From assembly GCF_000341395.1 (NCBI RefSeq), contig NC_020304.1, positions 330,001 to 362,000 of the forward strand: a stretch of 32,000 nucleotides of DNA, read 5' to 3'. The notes under the pieces were generated by a model. That model had not been told where the DNA came from. It did not search any database and saw only the letters and a list, made by a program, of their open reading frames with translations. A program made the translations under genes and the position numbers. Position 1 is the stretch's first letter, and each line of letters opens with the position of its first letter. Positions 27,659 to 32,000 of the stretch are shown one piece after another. This stretch comes from Desulfocapsa sulfexigens DSM 10523 (lineage in GTDB: Bacteria > Desulfobacterota > Desulfobulbia > Desulfobulbales > Desulfocapsaceae).

Positions 27659-29440
27659 ATGCGCATACTCATCCTCGAAGACTCCAAAGCCAGCAGGGTG
27701 CTGCTGGAAGCCCGCCTCAACAAAGCAGGCCATACAACTCAATCTGCAGTCAACGGCCGTCAGGGGTTCTTCCTGGCAACATCCAGACAGTACGACGCAA
27801 TCATCAGTGATCTCAATATGCCCGGCTGGGATGGTTTCAAATTTATTGAAGCCATGAAGGTTGTCTGTCCCCGAATTCCCATTATTGTTATAACCGGATC
27901 TGCCAACGAACCAGACACCAAAGAACGTCTTCTTTCCTTCGAAATGGTTATCGGAGTCTTTGGAAAACCGTTTGACTTCGATAAAATCAATGTGCTGCTC
28001 AGCCAGTTAAAAGGGCAAAGCAACAGCTCGGTCAGCAAAATGGCAAGGATCGTCGCAACCATCGGGCCTGCAAGCAACAGTAAAGAAATTCTCGGCAAAA
28101 TGATCGTGGCGGGGATGGATGTGGCAAGACTGAATTTTTCCCACGGAACCCACGAGGAGCACGGCCAAACTCTCGCAAACATTCGTGCCGCCGAGACCGA
28201 ATGGGGAAAACCGATCGCCGTCCTGCAGGATCTCTGTGGACCAAAAATCCGCACCGGACAGATGGAAAAAAATGGTGTACAGCTAACGGTCGGGAAGACT
28301 GTCATTATCCAGGCCGATGAAACAGTCGGGACCGCCAGTCGCTTTTCAACCATTGCTCCCGAAATCCTGATCGATCTCCGGGAGGGCGACCCAATACTGC
28401 TTGACGATGGCCTACTGGAACTGAAGGTTACAAAAGAAGGTGCCAGGGAAGTCCTCTGTAAAATTATTGTGGGTGGCATTTTAAAATCCAGCAAAGGAAT
28501 TAACCTCCCCATGACCCAGCTTTCTCTTCCATCGGTCACTGAAAAGGATAAGCGTGACCTGGCATGGGGACTTGACCACTCCATTGATTATGTGGCCCTC
28601 TCCTTTGTCCGTTCTGCAGCGGAAATTCGTGACATAAAAAAAATCATTGCCGCATCCGGTAAAAGAGATATCCGGGTTATTGCCAAAATTGAAAAACCTG
28701 AAGCAGTGGAGCATATAACAGACATTATCGAGGCTGCCGATGCCATCATGATTGCCCGTGGTGACATGGGGATTGAGCTTCCTGCCGCCCGGGTTCCACG
28801 AATCCAACAGGAAATAATCAACCTCTGCTGGCAACAGAACACACCCGTTATAACTGCCACCCAGATGCTTGATTCCATGACTGCAAACACAATACCAACA
28901 CGGGCTGAAGTGACAGATGTCTCTGTGGCCATCAAAGAAGGAACCGATGCCGTAATGCTTTCCGGCGAAACAGCTGCCGGAAAGGATCCGGTAAATGTGG
29001 TACGAACCATGGCCTCAATTATCACCGAAGAAGAACAGTATCAGTTCAAAGATCCCTTTGAAAATATAAAGGATGACACAACAAGGGCTAACCCTGCAAT
29101 CACCGCAGCAGCCAACCTTCCCGGTGTGGTACTGACAATGCTACTGGACGCACGGGGTGTACTCTACCAGCAGTTGTCAAAGTACAGCCGTAACGAGCCT
29201 AATATCCTGGTGACACGGTCACTCCATGTTGCCAGACATTCAAGCCTTTACAAGAACCTGGTGCCTATCATTATACGAGATGACATTCCACGTGATGAAG
29301 TTGTTTTCAAGGCCATGGGTATAGCAAAAGAGTGGGGGTACTTGAAGACAGGTGACATTTTTGCTGTGGTTGAAGGTGAACGCCTGACCCAGGGAGGGAT
29401 CCCACAGACAGGTGCATTCCAGCTCATCACCGTTAGCTGA
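27659..29440 (+). CDS. Response-regulator receiver (REC) domain fused to full-length pyruvate kinase
   Basis: Single uninterrupted 593-aa ORF. Residues ~1-118 are REC (LILEDS acidic pair, IISDLNMPGWDG with D51, VITGSA Thr79, GKPFD Lys103). Residues ~128-593 are pyruvate kinase (MARIVATIGPAS, MDVARLNFSHG, DLCGPKIRTG, SKGINLP, VALSFVRS, VIAKIEKPEAV, AIMIARGDMGIELP, PVITATQMLDSM, PTRAEVTDVSVAIKEGTDAVMLSGETAAGKDPV). Confidence 0.93.
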   Translation: MRILILEDSKASRVLLEARLNKAGHTTQSAVNGRQGFFLATSRQYDAIISDLNMPGWDGFKFIEAMKVVCPRIPIIVITGSANEPDTKERLLSFEMVIGVFGKPFDFDKINVLLSQLKGQSNSSVSKMARIVATIGPASNSKEILGKMIVAGMDVARLNFSHGTHEEHGQTLANIRAAETEWGKPIAVLQDLCGPKIRTGQMEKNGVQLTVGKTVIIQADETVGTASRFSTIAPEILIDLREGDPILLDDGLLELKVTKEGAREVLCKIIVGGILKSSKGINLPMTQLSLPSVTEKDKRDLAWGLDHSIDYVALSFVRSAAEIRDIKKIIAASGKRDIRVIAKIEKPEAVEHITDIIEAADAIMIARGDMGIELPAARVPRIQQEIINLCWQQNTPVITATQMLDSMTANTIPTRAEVTDVSVAIKEGTDAVMLSGETAAGKDPVNVVRTMASIITEEEQYQFKDPFENIKDDTTRANPAITAAANLPGVVLTMLLDARGVLYQQLSKYSRNEPNILVTRSLHVARHSSLYKNLVPIIIRDDIPRDEVVFKAMGIAKEWGYLKTGDIFAVVEGERLTQGGIPQTGAFQLITVS

Positions 29441-29509
29441 CCATTGCACACCGCTCTCTTGACACATTGCGGACGCTGTCAGGTACTGCTTTCTTTCCAC
29501 GAAGGTTAA

Positions 29510-29556
29510 CAAACACCAAGAAAGTGTTTGACCTCTGACACTATCTTTCCTAAATA
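29510..29556 (+). promoter_or_regulatory. Candidate sigma70-like promoter overlapped by an inverted repeat
   Basis: TTGACC (29528-29533), 17 nt, TAAATA (29551-29556). The inverted repeat CAAACAC-N7-GTGTTTG (29510-29530) abuts and overlaps the -35. Confidence 0.4.
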
Positions 29557-29654
29557 CCATACAATTTCCCATTCTTGGTATTATGGTGTAGAGTAGCTGT
29601 TTCAGCTTGCTTTACTGTGAAATATTCCCCTGAAGAATTTTTTGTCAAACATAT

Positions 29655-31370
29655 ATGAGTACTTTTTTAAGCAAAATCTCGAAACTTGATTCAATTCAAG
29701 ATGTAGCTCTTCTGTCAAACCAGGGCGAAACTCTTTTCTTTGATCAAAAAAACAACACACCGGGAGACAGAGAAAGAGCATCTTCATACTGGAATGAGAT
29801 CATTTCAGACTTAGATCAGCCTCAAATGGCTGAATTTGCGTTTACCAATGGAAGATACTATCTCACCCGCACCCCCATCGGCTATCTGATCATCGGATTA
29901 AAAAATGATAAGGCTCTCGAAAAAATCAAGCAGGCCTGCGCGACCATTCTCACAAAACTCTCCAACCCGGCACTCTGCAAACGACTCCTTTTAAACCTGT
30001 TGACTCAGTCTGAGGATATTCTCAAACCAAACATCATAAGAGAACTGCTTCCCTATGCTGATGAGGAAGTCGCGACTGTTCTTATGTTTCTTCTTCGCAG
30101 GGAAAAGGAGATCGCTCCACTGGTCAAGGAAGAACTGCTGCTGTTGATTTGCCAGACACTCGGATACTGTTCTAACAATGATGCTATAGCTGTTTTGAAA
30201 GCCTTTCTGGCCAGCCGTAAAAGCGGAGTAAACACTCCAGGCGAACAGGTCATAGAAGCAGTAAGGATATCCATAGAACAACTTGAACAGAACCATCCTC
30301 CCAAAACACAGGATGGCCTGCAGAAAGCGCCATCTCCTGGGGTCAGGAAAACAGTTCAAGCAGATATCCCCCAGCAACAACAGATTGATGAACTCCTTAA
30401 CAGGGGGAAGAAAGACGAAGCAGTTGCGCTGATAATGCAGCTCATTGAGCAGTGCGCTGGCAAAAAACAGTTTGAAGCTGCAGATCGATTACGTGACTAC
30501 CTTATTAAAATCAACCCCATGGCGTTGCTTGAAATCATTCGTGCTGCAGATGTGATTGAAGGGGCAAAACAGTCAGGGATAGATAAAAAACACCTGGAGA
30601 CCTGGAGTAAACTAACGGAGATTTTCAGTAGTGAGGAGTTTTCAGCACTCTACCATGCCATGGCTCTGAGAAGTTACACAAAGGGGAAAACAATAGTACA
30701 GCAGGGCTCCACCGCCAGAACACTCCTTTTCATCAACGGTGGCCAGGTACAGCTTCAGGCACTTAATCAGGACACATTGATACCATTGAGTGTGAAGGGA
30801 GCAGGAGAAATTATCGGAATAGAAACATTTTTTCAGGCCTCAGTCTGGACGGATCAGGCTAAAAGTCTTGGTTGCGAGGTCTTTTTACTTTCACGGCAAA
30901 AACTTGACGCCCTCAAGGAACAGCACCCCTCTCTCGAACCAAAATTATCCGACTTCTGCGCCAGCTTCCAGTCGGTTAGTGCAGAATTGACAAAAACCGG
31001 CAGAAACAGAAGGCAATTCAAAAGAAAAAATGTATCGGGAAGAATCAGTTTTGCCGTTCTTAACACAAACGGCACGGAAATCACCACAGAAGCAAAGGGA
31101 GATCTTATTGATATTTCAACGGGCGGAGTGGCGTTTTCCATCCACTCATCCCAGAAGAAGAATGCTGCCGCCCTATTTGGTCGTCAACTCAGAATTAGCT
31201 TCCAGACTACGACAACAACACAGATTATCATTCGGAGAGGAACAGTACAGGCCGTTCGAGATATAGATCTTATCGGAAATGAATACTCCCTGCACCTGGA
31301 ATTCAGCGAACAGTTGAGCTATTCAGAGTTGCAACAGATAGCCGGAGCGTCTCCAGAAGCCAGGTCCTGA
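29655..31370 (+). CDS. Multidomain regulator: N-terminal domain (possibly roadblock/LC7-like), helical region, cyclic-nucleotide-binding-like domain, PilZ domain
   Basis: 'FSALYHAMALRSYTKGKTIVQQGSTARTLLFINGGQVQLQAL...GAGEIIGIETFF' (cNMP-binding-like), 'NRRQFKRKNVSGRISFAVL...GDLIDISTGGVAFSIHSS' (PilZ RxxxR and D/NxSxxG). The N-terminal assignment is weak. Confidence 0.75.
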   Translation: MSTFLSKISKLDSIQDVALLSNQGETLFFDQKNNTPGDRERASSYWNEIISDLDQPQMAEFAFTNGRYYLTRTPIGYLIIGLKNDKALEKIKQACATILTKLSNPALCKRLLLNLLTQSEDILKPNIIRELLPYADEEVATVLMFLLRREKEIAPLVKEELLLLICQTLGYCSNNDAIAVLKAFLASRKSGVNTPGEQVIEAVRISIEQLEQNHPPKTQDGLQKAPSPGVRKTVQADIPQQQQIDELLNRGKKDEAVALIMQLIEQCAGKKQFEAADRLRDYLIKINPMALLEIIRAADVIEGAKQSGIDKKHLETWSKLTEIFSSEEFSALYHAMALRSYTKGKTIVQQGSTARTLLFINGGQVQLQALNQDTLIPLSVKGAGEIIGIETFFQASVWTDQAKSLGCEVFLLSRQKLDALKEQHPSLEPKLSDFCASFQSVSAELTKTGRNRRQFKRKNVSGRISFAVLNTNGTEITTEAKGDLIDISTGGVAFSIHSSQKKNAAALFGRQLRISFQTTTTTQIIIRRGTVQAVRDIDLIGNEYSLHLEFSEQLSYSELQQIAGASPEARS

Positions 31371-31381
31371 TGTAATCGGAG

Positions 31382-32000
31382 TCAGGCACGCGCCTTCAAT
31401 TTACGAAGAAGCTCCTCAACCGGACATTCAGAGGTAACATCCATTCGTGCCGGTGGATTTCCTGGCACCAGAAGAGCAGTCCTGCCGTCCTGTCCTTCAA
31501 TATAAGCAGCCTTAAAAACCCCAAGCCCTGAAGATTTACCCAGCATTGCCAGTTTACTGTTTACAGCTATCATGCTACTTTCACCGGCAATTGCCCCAAC
31601 ACCGGACATCCCGCCCAACTCTTGAATAATAAATTTTTTTAACTCGTCGAGTGACAAATTTTCAGCTCCTTCAGAATTTTGGTTTGCAGCTTCCCTGGCA
31701 GCAGTAGTAGAATCAGCATGTTCATCCTTTGCCACCAAAGCCGCCATGATTATTGTCTGGACTGGACTGTTAACCATATTCTCCATAAATGGACAATCAT
31801 GCCGGAGAAACACAGTCACATCATCCCAGAAGAATACTCTGGTTGCCGCTTTAATCCCTTTATATTTCCCAACTCTGGCATCAAGCAACTGGCCATCTTT
31901 AAGATAGAGTATCCCCCCCTCGTCCGAACCGTTATCAAGCATACGTATGGTACATGTTTTCCCTTCCATCTCCATAAGCTGGAGAAACATTGTTGGGGAA
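31382..32000 (-). CDS. DUF4388-like protein, probably 5' truncated at the window edge
   Basis: 'MFLQLMEMEGKTCTIRMLDNGSDEGGILYLKDGQLLDARVGKYKGIKAATRVFFWDDVTVFL' fits DUF4388; the frame stays open to base 32000, so the true start is probably outside. Confidence 0.65.
   Translation of the reverse strand, partial: SPTMFLQLMEMEGKTCTIRMLDNGSDEGGILYLKDGQLLDARVGKYKGIKAATRVFFWDDVTVFLRHDCPFMENMVNSPVQTIIMAALVAKDEHADSTTAAREAANQNSEGAENLSLDELKKFIIQELGGMSGVGAIAGESSMIAVNSKLAMLGKSSGLGVFKAAYIEGQDGRTALLVPGNPPARMDVTSECPVEELLRKLKARA

Noticed and set aside
28040-29440. Pyruvate kinase as a stand-alone gene starting at Met128
   Set aside because: No convincing ribosome-binding site close to 28040, and the REC domain is complete and in the same frame with no stop. 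An internal start cannot be fully excluded without experiment.
1-32000. CRISPR arrays, tRNAs, rRNAs, transposases or a dedicated defence island
   Set aside because: No regularly spaced repeats, cloverleaf RNA genes, transposase motifs or recognisable defence cassettes were seen by eye; the YajD-like HNH protein alone is not evidence of a defence system.

Overview
This 32 kb window looks like chromosomal DNA from an anaerobic, sulfur-metabolising bacterium, probably Desulfobulbales/Desulfobacterota-like (inference from gene content). No tRNA, rRNA, CRISPR array or transposase was recognised. Left part (1-6 kb): small accessory genes (DUF3124, YajD-type HNH, tautomerase, cupin, two half-size YeeE/YedE proteins, MarC, a periplasmic DsrE-like protein). 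Middle (6-21 kb): housekeeping genes (Tim44-like, radical SAM, HI0933/BaiN-like flavoprotein, FKBP PPIase, shikimate kinase, ArfB, PpnP, RNase H-like exonuclease, MBL hydrolase, HDOD, TcdA, CPBP protease, eukaryotic-type HisA, P-loop ATPase, mitochondrial/spd-like EF-G). Right part (21.7-29.4 kb): a tight same-strand cluster encoding a selenocysteine formate dehydrogenase (in-frame UGA at 22138-22140 followed by a GGUCU-loop SECIS-like hairpin), an Fe-S electron-transfer subunit, an FAD/NAD(P) reductase subunit, a RACo-like 2Fe-2S/ASKHA protein and, 11 bp later, a single ORF fusing an intact response-regulator receiver domain to a full-length pyruvate kinase. The REC-pyruvate kinase fusion and its position behind a formate dehydrogenase/RACo operon are the best candidates for something undescribed. 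A second candidate is a roughly 178-nt, highly structured palindromic element (16462-16639) that nearly fills the convergent intergenic region between tcdA and a CPBP protease gene.
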